Made by a program: the position numbers and the translations under genes
Shown here: positions 38,697-47,963 of the stretch, piece by piece
How positions within the stretch are numbered: the stretch's first letter is position 1
How the letters are laid out: each line of letters opens with the position of its first letter
From: an uncultured Planctomycetales bacterium
GTDB taxonomy: Bacteria; Omnitrophota; Gorgyraeia; Gygaellales; Profunditerraquicolaceae
Length of the DNA: 57,492 nucleotides
Direction of reading: 5' to 3'
Assembly (NCBI GenBank): GCA_964545575.1
Contig: CAZJFL010000010.1
Span: forward strand, 1-57,492
The notes under the pieces: generated by a model
Told to the model about the DNA's origin: nothing
The model's database searches: none
What the model saw: only the letters and a program-made list of their open reading frames with translations

Positions 38697-39440
38697 TCAC
38701 GCCATCACCATCCCGCCGTCGACTATAATCGTCTGGCCGGTGATATAATTTGAATCTTCTGACGCTAAAAACAGGCAAACACCCGCCACGTCTTCCGGGC
38801 TGCCAAGTTTACCGAGGGGTATGGCTCCAAGCATCTTTTCTTTGACCTCCTCGGGTAACTTTGCCGTCATCTCAGTCTGGATGAATCCCGGGGCTACGGC
38901 ATTGACCGTAATATTACGGCTGGCTAATTCCTTAGCCATGGTCTTGGTCAGCGCAATTATCCCCGCTTTAGAAGCGGAATAATTACTCTGGCCCGGATTT
39001 CCGATAATGCCAATGATCGAGGCGATATTGATGATCTTGCCGGAACGCTGCTTTATCATCAGACGAGACACGGCTTTGCTACAATTGAATGCGCCTTTTA
39101 GGTTTACATTCAAAACCGCATCCCAATCAGCTTCGCTCATCCGCAGGATGAGAGCATCTTTAGTAATCCCTGCGTTGTTAACTAATATATCAACCTTTCC
39201 TAATTTGTCAAGAATTTTGTTTACCGCCTCCTCTGCATTTTGGAAGCTGGTAACGTCTAGTTTTAGCGCCAGGGACTTCCCGCCCAAAGACTCTATCTCC
39301 CGGGAGGTTTTTTCGGCTTCCTCTGCGTTTATATCCAGGACAGCTATGCTAGCGCCCTCTTTGGCAAACAAAATGGCTATCGCGCGACCGATGCCTCTTG
39401 CCCCTCCGGTCACTAAAGCCACCTTGTCTTTAAGCAACAT
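38697..39440 (-). CDS. fabG: 3-oxoacyl-ACP reductase
   Basis: TGGARGIG, NNAGIT, YSASK. Confidence 0.95.
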   Translation of the reverse strand: MLLKDKVALVTGGARGIGRAIAILFAKEGASIAVLDINAEEAEKTSREIESLGGKSLALKLDVTSFQNAEEAVNKILDKLGKVDILVNNAGITKDALILRMSEADWDAVLNVNLKGAFNCSKAVSRLMIKQRSGKIINIASIIGIIGNPGQSNYSASKAGIIALTKTMAKELASRNITVNAVAPGFIQTEMTAKLPEEVKEKMLGAIPLGKLGSPEDVAGVCLFLASEDSNYITGQTIIVDGGMVMA

Positions 39441-39487
39441 ACGGCTTCCTTTCTGGCGTATCTCCCAATCAACCCTATTCTTGTCGC

Positions 39488-39514
39488 GGGACAGTCCCCT
39501 TCGGGGACAGTCCC
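39488..39514. repeat. Pair of GGGACAGTCCC palindromes
   Basis: Two copies here, two more at 56921 and 56959. Confidence 0.7.
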
Positions 39515-39528
39515 TGCTGGCCTAGCCC

Positions 39529-40443
39529 CTACTGCAAAGCTAATACATCTTCTTTCTTCTCTATACTTATTACTTCAGTGCTGGGTTCGATTTTACGCAT
39601 CAGCCCTTTGAGAACCTTTCCCGGCCCGAACTCGATGAAATTCCTTACGCCTTCGGATAGCATGAATCTCATCGAATCCTCCCACTTTACCGCGGAATAC
39701 ATCTGATAAATCAGGTTTTCCCTTATATCTAGAGCGCGGTATGCCGGACGGGCGGTATAATTACTGACCACTGGTATTGTCGGCGCGCTGATGGAGACGT
39801 TATTCAGGAACAACTTCAGGTCTCCGGAAGCATCAAACATCAAAGAAGAATGAAAGGCGCCGCTGACCTCCAGGGGAATCACCCGTTTTGCGCCTGCTTC
39901 TATACAGAGGGCGCCGGCCTTTTCCACCGCCTCTGCCCTGCCGGAAATAACCGTCTGGCCCGGGCAGTTCAGATTTGCTATCTCAGCTGCGCTCTTTAAA
40001 CAGATATCCCTGATGGTCTCCACCGGCAAATCTATGATTGCCGCCATTTTACCGGGATGGCGCAAGGCCGCTTCGTTCATAATCTCGGCCCTTTTTCTCA
40101 CCAGCTTAAGGCCATCTTCAAAACTAAGGCTACCTGCCGCGATTAAAGCGCTGTATTCTCCTAAACTTAATCCTGCAACAAAACTAACCTTTAACCCTTG
40201 GTCCTTAACCCTTGATTTAAATGCCTCAAAGGCGGCAATACTGACCGTCAAAATCGCAGGTTGCGAAATATTGGTCAGCTTAAGCATCTGCTCGGGGCCG
40301 TTAAAGCACTTGGCCTTAAGGTCAAACTTCAATACCTCGCCTGCCCTGTCAAAGACCGCCTTGCTTTCCGGAAAGGTTTCATAGAGGTCCTTTCCCATGC
40401 CCAGGTACTGGCTGCCCTGCCCGGCAAAAAGATAACCTACCAT
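39529..40443 (-). CDS. fabD: Malonyl-CoA:ACP transacylase
   Basis: GQGSQ, GLSLGEY, SGAFHS. Confidence 0.95.
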   Translation of the reverse strand: MVGYLFAGQGSQYLGMGKDLYETFPESKAVFDRAGEVLKFDLKAKCFNGPEQMLKLTNISQPAILTVSIAAFEAFKSRVKDQGLKVSFVAGLSLGEYSALIAAGSLSFEDGLKLVRKRAEIMNEAALRHPGKMAAIIDLPVETIRDICLKSAAEIANLNCPGQTVISGRAEAVEKAGALCIEAGAKRVIPLEVSGAFHSSLMFDASGDLKLFLNNVSISAPTIPVVSNYTARPAYRALDIRENLIYQMYSAVKWEDSMRFMLSEGVRNFIEFGPGKVLKGLMRKIEPSTEVISIEKKEDVLALQ

Positions 40444-41414
40444 TCGATTATACAGGCCCCCCAGGTTAAGCCAGCGCCAAAAGCATCTAAAAGAACAATA
40501 TCGCCTTTTTTAATCCTGCCCTCTTTTACCGCTTCGCATAATGCCGTGGCAGTAGAAGCCGAAGACATATTCCCGCATCTTTCTATATTCAGATAGATCT
40601 TCTCTTCAGGCAACCCTAAGCGTTTCGCCGCGGCCATAATAATGCGGATATTCGCCTGATGCGGAATAACTAAATCGATATCTTCTCGTGTCAGGTCTGC
40701 CTGTTTTAAGGCCTCCTGGGCGGCTTCAATCATCTTTAACACAGCGATCTTGAATAACTCATTGCCTTCCATCTTGATATAGTGCATGCGCTCTTCCAAA
40801 GTCTTTGCGCTTGCCGGATTTCTTGAACCGCCTCCCGGAGCCTTGAGTAATCCGCTCATCGAACCATCGCTGCCTAAATAAGTAGCCAGGATCCCTCCGG
40901 ACTTTACTTCACCCAAGACCGCAGCTGCGGCGCCGTCGCCGAAAAGAACGCAGGTATTCCTGTCTTTCCAATCGGTGATCGAAGATAAAACCTCGGAACC
41001 GATAACCAGGGCATTTTTGTAGGTTCCGGAGGTAATGAACTGCTGGGCGATTGAGATGGCATAGACAAACCCGGAACAGGCCGCAGAAATATCAAAACAA
41101 ACCGCATTCTTTGCGCCCAGAGCCGCCTGAACAAAACAGGCAGTGGAAGGAAACTGCATGTCAGGAGTGATGGTTGCCACGATGATTAATTCCAGGCCTT
41201 GTGCATTTAATCCGGCATTAAAAAGCGCTTCTTTTGCGGCATGCGTTGCCAGGTCCGAAGCGGCCTCCCCCTTTGCTGCCAGGTGCCTCTCTTTTATTCC
41301 GGTACGCGTGGTGATCCACTCATCAGAGGTATCGACCATCTTCTCCAGGTCAGCATTGGTCAGGACCCTCTTGGGCAGGTATTCTCCGACTCCAATTATG
41401 CCTACTTTTTTCAT
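40437..41414 (-). CDS. fabH: Beta-ketoacyl-ACP synthase III
   Basis: AACSGF, PHQAN, GNMSSAS. Confidence 0.96.
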   Translation of the reverse strand: MKKVGIIGVGEYLPKRVLTNADLEKMVDTSDEWITTRTGIKERHLAAKGEAASDLATHAAKEALFNAGLNAQGLELIIVATITPDMQFPSTACFVQAALGAKNAVCFDISAACSGFVYAISIAQQFITSGTYKNALVIGSEVLSSITDWKDRNTCVLFGDGAAAAVLGEVKSGGILATYLGSDGSMSGLLKAPGGGSRNPASAKTLEERMHYIKMEGNELFKIAVLKMIEAAQEALKQADLTREDIDLVIPHQANIRIIMAAAKRLGLPEEKIYLNIERCGNMSSASTATALCEAVKEGRIKKGDIVLLDAFGAGLTWGACIIEW

Positions 41415-41415
41415 C

Positions 41416-42405
41416 TTAAACCTTTAAGGCCTCGATTATTTTTTCGTTGAATTTACGCTCTACCTCTTCGTTAGCTACGCGGATGGCATTTTTGATCGCC
41501 CTGGCATTGGAACGGCCGTGGCCGATGATTACTACACCGTTGACGCCGAGCAACGGCGCTCCGCCGTATTCCGAATAATCCATTTCCTTTTTAAAACGCG
41601 CAAAACTTGGCCTCAGGAAAAAGATACCCAGTTTTCCTAAAAGGCTGCTGGCTAAAAGCTGCCGCTTTAAAAATACCTGCATCGTTGCCACCACCGATTC
41701 CGTGACTTTCAGGGCGACGTTGCCTACGAATCCGTCGCAGACTATAATATCGCTCTTTCCGGAAAATAAATCCTTGCCTTCGACATTTCCGATGAAATTC
41801 AGGCGGCTCTTTTCAAAGAGTTCGCGTGTCTCTTTGATGAAATCCGTACCCTTGCTCTCTTCTTCGCCTATATTCAAGATACCCACCTTGGGATCCGGTT
41901 TATTTAAAATATGACGGTAATAAACGTCTGCCATGATGCCGTATTGCAGAAGGTGCATCGGCTTGGCATCGATATTTGCTCCTACGTCAATGACCATAGA
42001 AGGGCCTTTTAATGTGGGGACGATGATAGAGATGCCCGGCCGCTCGATACCGGGAAGAAGCCCGAGGATCAATGTCCCGGCGCAGACTACCGCTCCGGTA
42101 TTACCGGCGGAAAAAAATGCCTGGCCGTATCCTTCCTTGACCAGATTTACTCCCACGACGATCGAGGATTTACGCTTGCGGCGGACGCTGGTTGCCGCAG
42201 ACTCATGCATCTCGATCACTTCTTCGGTGTGATATGTAGAAATCCTGTTGCCGGAATAATTGAATTTTTTCAGGAGGTCTTTAATCTTGGGCTCATCGCC
42301 GACTAAGACTACTTCGGCGTCGTACTCTTTGACCGCAGCAATCGCTCCTTCGACCACCACCCGCGGGCCGTAATCCCCGCCCATAGCATCGACTATTATC
42401 TTCAT
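41416..42405 (-). CDS. plsX: Phosphate acyltransferase
   Basis: DAMGGD, SAGNTGA, GHGRS. Confidence 0.96.
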   Translation of the reverse strand: MKIIVDAMGGDYGPRVVVEGAIAAVKEYDAEVVLVGDEPKIKDLLKKFNYSGNRISTYHTEEVIEMHESAATSVRRKRKSSIVVGVNLVKEGYGQAFFSAGNTGAVVCAGTLILGLLPGIERPGISIIVPTLKGPSMVIDVGANIDAKPMHLLQYGIMADVYYRHILNKPDPKVGILNIGEEESKGTDFIKETRELFEKSRLNFIGNVEGKDLFSGKSDIIVCDGFVGNVALKVTESVVATMQVFLKRQLLASSLLGKLGIFFLRPSFARFKKEMDYSEYGGAPLLGVNGVVIIGHGRSNARAIKNAIRVANEEVERKFNEKIIEALKV

Positions 42406-42605
42406 GCCTTTTTCTTCTTTTTCTCTTTTACCTTTATCTCTACGACTTGTTTACCATCATAATAACCGCACACCTTGCAAACATTATGCAGCACTTTCGG
42501 TTGTTTGCATTGCGGGCAGGGTGCCAGGTTGATGCCGGATAATTTCCAGTGTGTGCGGCGCCTCCTGCCGCGGGCTTTAGAATGTCTTCTTTTCGGTAGT
42601 GGCAC
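42402..42605 (-). CDS. rpmF: 50S ribosomal protein L32
   Basis: PKRRHSKAR, CPQC...CKVCGYY. Confidence 0.96.
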   Translation of the reverse strand: MPLPKRRHSKARGRRRRTHWKLSGINLAPCPQCKQPKVLHNVCKVCGYYDGKQVVEIKVKEKKKKKA

Positions 42606-42620
42606 GTGTTGCTCCTTTCA

Positions 42621-43031
42621 TCATTGCTTACAATTGCACTTGCCTTCGTTCAAATTCTTACCGCACCTGGGGCATAACCCCTGGCAATCATCCTTGCATA
42701 ACGGCTTAAAGGGGTAATCAATAATTATCTCCTCGCGGATCTGGGGCCCCATATCTATGATCGGATTGGCTGCGTCAACCGGATACACCAACCTTAGCTT
42801 CTTTTGGAAATCTACCTCAAACTCTCCCAGGCAGCGGCTGCAGGTCATCTCTATCCTGGAGCTTAAACTTAAAACTACAGTAACAGTATTGGTGATCCTG
42901 GAAATATCCGCGCTGATCCAGAGCGGCTGTTTAAATCTGACTAGCTCGCTCTCCAGGTCCAGCTCTCCGGGGCTAACCTCCTCCCTGAAAGATAACCCCT
43001 CGGCAGAAACCTGATTTGCATTTATCTTCAT
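42621..43031 (-). CDS. YceD/DUF177 family protein
   Basis: CSRCL, PLCKDDCQGLCPRCG; upstream of rpmF. Confidence 0.92.
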   Translation of the reverse strand: MKINANQVSAEGLSFREEVSPGELDLESELVRFKQPLWISADISRITNTVTVVLSLSSRIEMTCSRCLGEFEVDFQKKLRLVYPVDAANPIIDMGPQIREEIIIDYPFKPLCKDDCQGLCPRCGKNLNEGKCNCKQ

Positions 43032-43043
43032 CCGGAGAAGAGC

Positions 43044-43532
43044 CTAACCCCTAGCCTTTATTTTGTTTTTCAGCGCCTTTTCTATGAAACCGGGCACAAA
43101 ACTGGACAGATCCGCGCCAAGCAACGCCGCCTCTTTCAATAGTTTCGCAGAAAGGTAGCTGTAGGATTCATGCGGCATGAGAAATATCGTTTCTATATCG
43201 CCGGCGAGCTTACGGTTAGTCAGGGCCATCTGGAACTCGTATTCAAAATCAGAGATCATCCTTAGGCCCCGGATCAATACCTTAGCCTTCTGTTTTCGCG
43301 CATAATCCACCACCAGGCCGTTAAAATCGGTTACGCTCACCCCTTGCATTCCGGCGGTGGCTTTTTCTAGCATCGCCACCCTTTCCTTGACGCTAAAAAG
43401 GGGCTTTTTCTGGGGGTTATGCGCTACCGCTACGATGACCTCCGAGAATATCTCCTGCGCCCGCTTGATCAGGTCGATATGTCCGTAGGTAACCGGGTCA
43501 AAAGTTCCGGGATAAATCGCTTTCTGGCACAT
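43044..43532 (-). CDS. coaD: Pantetheine-phosphate adenylyltransferase
   Basis: YPGTFDPVTYGH, RGLR..SDFEYE. Confidence 0.97.
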   Translation of the reverse strand: MCQKAIYPGTFDPVTYGHIDLIKRAQEIFSEVIVAVAHNPQKKPLFSVKERVAMLEKATAGMQGVSVTDFNGLVVDYARKQKAKVLIRGLRMISDFEYEFQMALTNRKLAGDIETIFLMPHESYSYLSAKLLKEAALLGADLSSFVPGFIEKALKNKIKARG

Positions 43533-43534
43533 AA

Positions 43535-44212
43535 TTATTGAGCCTTCCTATAAAATGATAACGCGGTGTCGCCGTATCTGTTTTGCTTGAATAAACTTAA
43601 AACTCCCAGAGTGTCTGGGAGGTTTTCTTTCTTAAAGTGCTGCACTACTACCAAGCCGTAAGGCGCTAATATATCATAAGCGGCCAGGGTTTGCAAGGTT
43701 TTTTTTGCTGCAGAAGGCAGCATACCAATCCATCCTTTAGGATTGGGTGTTGTCGCAGAAAGCGACACACCAAACGATCCTATACGTTTGGGTGCTACCG
43801 CAGAAAGCGGTACACCGAACCATCCGATAGGTTCGGGTGTTGCCAGACTACTATGATACGGAGGGTCTAAAAAGATCAGATCAAAGGTCCTGCCGTTCAT
43901 TTCAAGCGCCTTTATTGCCTCTGGCGCATCTTTCTGGTATAAACGGCAGTTTTGAAGCTTCAGTGAGGCGATATTTTTCTGAATTGCCAGCACGCAATCA
44001 CGGTCAGACTCCACAAAAGTAAGGTCCCTGGCCCCCCGCGAAAGGGCCTCCAGGCCCACCGCGCCTGAGCCGGCGTATAGTTCTAAGAAAGACAATCCTT
44101 CTATATCTCCCAGGATATCGAATATGGCCTTCCTGACCAAATTCTGCGTTGGCCTTATTCCTTTGGGCATGCTAATATTACGCCCTTTATATTTACCGGT
44201 AAGTATACGCAT
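43535..44212 (-). CDS. rsmD: 16S rRNA m2G966 methyltransferase with 45-aa repeat insertion
   Basis: IRPT, ELYAGSGAVGLEALSRGA, DPPY; recG-rsmD-coaD context. Confidence 0.9.
   Translation of the reverse strand: MRILTGKYKGRNISMPKGIRPTQNLVRKAIFDILGDIEGLSFLELYAGSGAVGLEALSRGARDLTFVESDRDCVLAIQKNIASLKLQNCRLYQKDAPEAIKALEMNGRTFDLIFLDPPYHSSLATPEPIGWFGVPLSAVAPKRIGSFGVSLSATTPNPKGWIGMLPSAAKKTLQTLAAYDILAPYGLVVVQHFKKENLPDTLGVLSLFKQNRYGDTALSFYRKAQ
43706..43840. repeat. 3 x 45-nt tandem double-hairpin repeat, in frame in rsmD
   Basis: Units start at 43706, 43751 and 43796; homolog at 27748-27792. Confidence 0.9.
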
Positions 44213-44213
44213 C

Positions 44214-46307
44214 TTACCCCACCACCATTAGCTTTTCGTATTCCGGAAACCTCTGCAATAGTTTTTCTTTCAACAGGATATTCTGCCTGTCAGCCAAACC
44301 GGGGTCGCTGTTTGCCAGTTTCAACGCCTCTTCCCTGGCGTGTTTTAAAAGCTGCATCTGGGTGAGGGGATTGGCGATTTTGAGCTCGCTTAAACCGTGC
44401 TGCCTTTGGCCGAAGAACTCACCCGGCCCGCGGATGCGTAAGTCTTCCTCGGCAATATGAAAGCCGTCCTGATAGGCGAGCATCGCCTCTACGCGCGCCT
44501 TTGCTTCCTGCGTCTTGATGTCGGTTATTAGTATACAAAGCGAATCCTTAGTGCCCCTACCTACGCGCCCGCGCAGCTGATGCAATTGCGCCAAGCCGAA
44601 ACGCTCTGCATGCTCTATAATCATGCAGCTGGCGTCCTGAATATCAATACCCACTTCCAGGACAGTGGTGGAAACCAGCATATCCAACTTCTTATTCTTA
44701 AAGCCCGACATTATCTCATCCTGTTCCTTTTGTTTCATCCTGCCGTGAATCAGGCCGAGGCGAAAGCTCCTGAACTCTGTCTTCCTTAACTTTTCGTACA
44801 TCTTCTTTGCGCCGGCAATATCCAAAGCGTAAGATTCCTCAATCACCGGGTAAACAATATAGACCTGCGCCCCGGACTCTAGATGCTGCCGGGCAAGGCC
44901 ATAGGCCAGCCCGCTATCCGCCTCGCTAAAACGCACGGTCTTAATCGGCAGGCGGCCGGCCGGTAACTCGTTTATCACCGAGATGTCTAAATCTCCGTAT
45001 AAAGTAATGGCTAAAGTGCGGGGGATGGGGGTGGCGGTCATAATCAGCACGTCCGGATTAATGCCTTTTTTAGGCAGGAGTGCGCGCTGTCCCACGCCGA
45101 ACTTGTGCTGCTCGTCAATCACTACCAACCCTAAGTGCTTAAACTTTACATTCTCTTCCAACAAAGCGTGCGTGCCAATGATTAAATCAACCTTACCCGT
45201 TTCTATGGCCCGGTAAATTTTTTCTTTTTCTTTGCTGCTCATACCGCTAACCAGCAAACCAAGCCTTACTTCTTTACCTTGACACCTGACACCTGACACC
45301 TGACACATTATTTTTTCATAATGCTGCCTGGCCAGTATTTCCGTCGGGACCATCAGAGCAGCCTGGTAGCCTCCCTGGATTGCGATTAAGGCTGCGATGG
45401 TAGCGACTACTGTTTTGCCGCAGCCTACGTCTCCCTGAAGCAACCTCTGCATCGCGTTGGCACTGGCCATATCAGACTCGATCTCCCGCAGCACTTTCTC
45501 CTGTGATTTAGTCAGCTTAAACGGAAGGCGGGCAATAAAACTTTTTACCAGCTCTCCCTCTACTTTATGGGCAATGCCCGGCTTTTCTTTCTTGGCCAGT
45601 TTGCGTAAAACCAGCGGCAACTGAAACAGGAAAAACTCGTCAAAGCAAAGGCGCCTAAACGCCTGCCGCTTGAACTCTTCGCTCTCGGGAAAGTGGATAT
45701 TGTGTAATCCCTTGGCAAGGTTAAAAAGATTATTCCGGGAGCGGATATCGTAGGGCAGGAAATCGCCAAGATGCGGCAGGTATTCATCCAAGGCGCGCTG
45801 AATAATTTTGCGCAAATGCCTCTGAGTCATGCCTTCCGGCAGCGAATAGACAGAAACTATCCTGCCGATACTTAGCGTCTCGTCGGGGTCCGGGGAAATA
45901 ATTTCAAACTCCGGGGAGTTCATCTGCAGCCTGCCGGCATAGCGTTCTACCCTGCCGTATAAAATCAGGGTTTGCCCGGGTTTAAAATAAATTTTTAAAT
46001 AGGGTTGGTTGAACCAGACGCAAAAGATCTTTCCTGTCTCATCGCCTACCGCGACTTCCAGAATCTTAAACCCCCTCCTTTTCCAGGATTTCCTTTCGGC
46101 GGTGGCAATAACCGCTGCTTTTATGGTCTGATTTTCCCCCTCCCCTAAGCGGGAAATAGGCAGAAAATTCCTGCGGTCTTCCCAACGCCGCGGAAAATAA
46201 TAAAGAATGTCCTCTATGGTATTTAAGCCGAGCTTACTGAAAGCGGCAGCTCTTTTAGGGCCGATACCTTTTAGATATCGTAAAGGGGTATGGGGCGACT
46301 TTTCCAT
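44214..46307 (-). CDS. recG: ATP-dependent DNA helicase RecG
   Basis: GDVGCGKT, DEQH, TATPIPRT, QLRGRVGRG. Confidence 0.97.
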   Translation of the reverse strand: MEKSPHTPLRYLKGIGPKRAAAFSKLGLNTIEDILYYFPRRWEDRRNFLPISRLGEGENQTIKAAVIATAERKSWKRRGFKILEVAVGDETGKIFCVWFNQPYLKIYFKPGQTLILYGRVERYAGRLQMNSPEFEIISPDPDETLSIGRIVSVYSLPEGMTQRHLRKIIQRALDEYLPHLGDFLPYDIRSRNNLFNLAKGLHNIHFPESEEFKRQAFRRLCFDEFFLFQLPLVLRKLAKKEKPGIAHKVEGELVKSFIARLPFKLTKSQEKVLREIESDMASANAMQRLLQGDVGCGKTVVATIAALIAIQGGYQAALMVPTEILARQHYEKIMCQVSGVRCQGKEVRLGLLVSGMSSKEKEKIYRAIETGKVDLIIGTHALLEENVKFKHLGLVVIDEQHKFGVGQRALLPKKGINPDVLIMTATPIPRTLAITLYGDLDISVINELPAGRLPIKTVRFSEADSGLAYGLARQHLESGAQVYIVYPVIEESYALDIAGAKKMYEKLRKTEFRSFRLGLIHGRMKQKEQDEIMSGFKNKKLDMLVSTTVLEVGIDIQDASCMIIEHAERFGLAQLHQLRGRVGRGTKDSLCILITDIKTQEAKARVEAMLAYQDGFHIAEEDLRIRGPGEFFGQRQHGLSELKIANPLTQMQLLKHAREEALKLANSDPGLADRQNILLKEKLLQRFPEYEKLMVVG
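45280..45306. repeat. (TGACACC)x~4 heptamer tract in recG
   Basis: Encodes CQVSGVRCQ. Confidence 0.85.
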
Positions 46308-46319
46308 TTTGCTTTATGC

Positions 46320-46778
46320 CTAAAGAGTAACCTGCGGCATTTCTGATTCCGGACGGGATTGTCCGGGCACTTGGCCTGTTTTGGGCTGGGGCCTGGCCTT
46401 TCCTTGCTTAACCTCTATTTCAAAAGCTTCGCCGGATAGGGTGCTGTTTTTCAACTTAAGGGTAGCCGGCTCGATGGTAATTTTACCGGTCTTCTCGGGG
46501 GCTAAAACATAGGCATAAACCAGGATAGTTTTTACCTTACTCTGCATAAAAGAAGCGGTGGAAGAATGCGCCTGCGACAATACCTTAAACCCCTTGAATT
46601 CCGGTAATCGCACGGCGGGGATGTTTTGCTGGGTAGAGGTAATCACCAGTTTATAGGTCACCGTTTCGTCGGTGGTGATATTTTTTTTATCCACCGCGGT
46701 TTTTAAGGTGATTTCGGCAAAGGCGCGGATACTAAAAACAAGCAGGAAAAACGCCAGAAGAGCTGTTATCTTTCTCAT
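46320..46778 (-). CDS. Short BatD-like secreted protein
   Basis: Signal peptide, single Ig-like BatD-type domain (P.KTGKITIEPA). Confidence 0.7.
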   Translation of the reverse strand: MRKITALLAFFLLVFSIRAFAEITLKTAVDKKNITTDETVTYKLVITSTQQNIPAVRLPEFKGFKVLSQAHSSTASFMQSKVKTILVYAYVLAPEKTGKITIEPATLKLKNSTLSGEAFEIEVKQGKARPQPKTGQVPGQSRPESEMPQVTL

Positions 46779-46805
46779 AGTTTAATTTTTAACACACAAA
46801 AAATA

Positions 46806-47780
46806 TTATGTCAATTGATTTCGGCAGGCGCATTCCCGGATGATCGCCGCCATCTCAGCTCTTGATTTCAGGCGAGAGGATTTCTCCCTGAAGGGGCGGA
46901 TCTTACGAAAACCCCTGGTATACCAGCTGAAGAACTTACGGAATATCACCACGCCGTTTTTTTCGCCGTAGAAATCAACGTAAGAGTCCAAATGCCCGAT
47001 TGCGGTTTTGGCGATCTCTGGCTTATCCGGCTTTTTAAGAATAACGCCGTCTTTTAAGAAGGCTTCGATCTCTCTAAAAATCCAGGGATTCCCCAATACC
47101 CCCCGGGCAATCAGGATACCGTCGCAGCCGGTCTGGTTAAACATCTTCCTGGCTAATTCTCCCGAAAGAATATCGCCGCTGGCAATGACCGGGATATTTA
47201 AGGCTTGCTTTACTTTTCTGATCGCAGCGTAATCTACTTCTCCTGCGTAAAACTGCTCCCGCGTCCGGCCGTGGATAAAAACCGCTTTTACCCCGGCATC
47301 CTGCGCATAACGCGCTGCTTCAACCGGATTTACTGAATTTCTATCCCAGCCAATGCGGATTTTTACCGTCACCGGGACCTTAAAGTTACTGACCAGCAAT
47401 TTTAAAATATTGCCTAATTCCTTAGGGTTTCTCAAGAGGCTGGCGCCCTCGCCCCGGCGCACCACTTTTTTTGCCGGACAGGCAGCATTAAAATCCACCA
47501 GGTCAAACTTATAGTCTCCAAGAATATCTACCGCCCGCAGTATAAACTTAGGCTCCTTGCCTAATAACTGTACGCCTAAAGGCCTGTCTTTTCTTCCGCT
47601 ATAAAGCATGGCTCTGGTCTTTTGGCTGTTGTAACCTAAAGCGCGCACATTAATCATCTCCACAAAGGCGAGCTCCGCCCCGAATTTCCGGTTCAGCATG
47701 CGGAAGGGATAATCGGTTATCCCGGCCATCGGAGCAAGGATCAGGTTAGATTTAAGCTTCAGGTCTCCGATTTTAAACAT
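46806..47780 (-). CDS. dusB: tRNA-dihydrouridine synthase
   Basis: LAPMAGITD, CP.KKV, VTVKIR, HGRT. Confidence 0.9.
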   Translation of the reverse strand: MFKIGDLKLKSNLILAPMAGITDYPFRMLNRKFGAELAFVEMINVRALGYNSQKTRAMLYSGRKDRPLGVQLLGKEPKFILRAVDILGDYKFDLVDFNAACPAKKVVRRGEGASLLRNPKELGNILKLLVSNFKVPVTVKIRIGWDRNSVNPVEAARYAQDAGVKAVFIHGRTREQFYAGEVDYAAIRKVKQALNIPVIASGDILSGELARKMFNQTGCDGILIARGVLGNPWIFREIEAFLKDGVILKKPDKPEIAKTAIGHLDSYVDFYGEKNGVVIFRKFFSWYTRGFRKIRPFREKSSRLKSRAEMAAIIRECACRNQLT

Positions 47781-47908
47781 AAATTAATTTTATCTACGGG
47801 CTGACTTGATTTTCATTTCAAAATATGCCATACTTTAGATAAGAAGATAAAGATGATAGGTGAAAAAGGAGGGCGCTGGATAGCGAAAGCTAGAGAGGCC
47901 TATCACCT

Positions 47909-47942
47909 ACAAAAAAACCCCTGCAATTTAGGGGCTTTTTTG
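47909..47942. terminator. Bidirectional terminator
   Basis: AAAAAAACCCCT...AGGGGCTTTTTT. Confidence 0.6.
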
Positions 47943-47963
47943 TTGCTATTTTGCATAACCGCC

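Noticed and set aside
43706-43840. CRISPR array
   Set aside because: Units abut with no unique spacers, variation is compensatory within stems, the array is inside a CDS, and no cas genes are present
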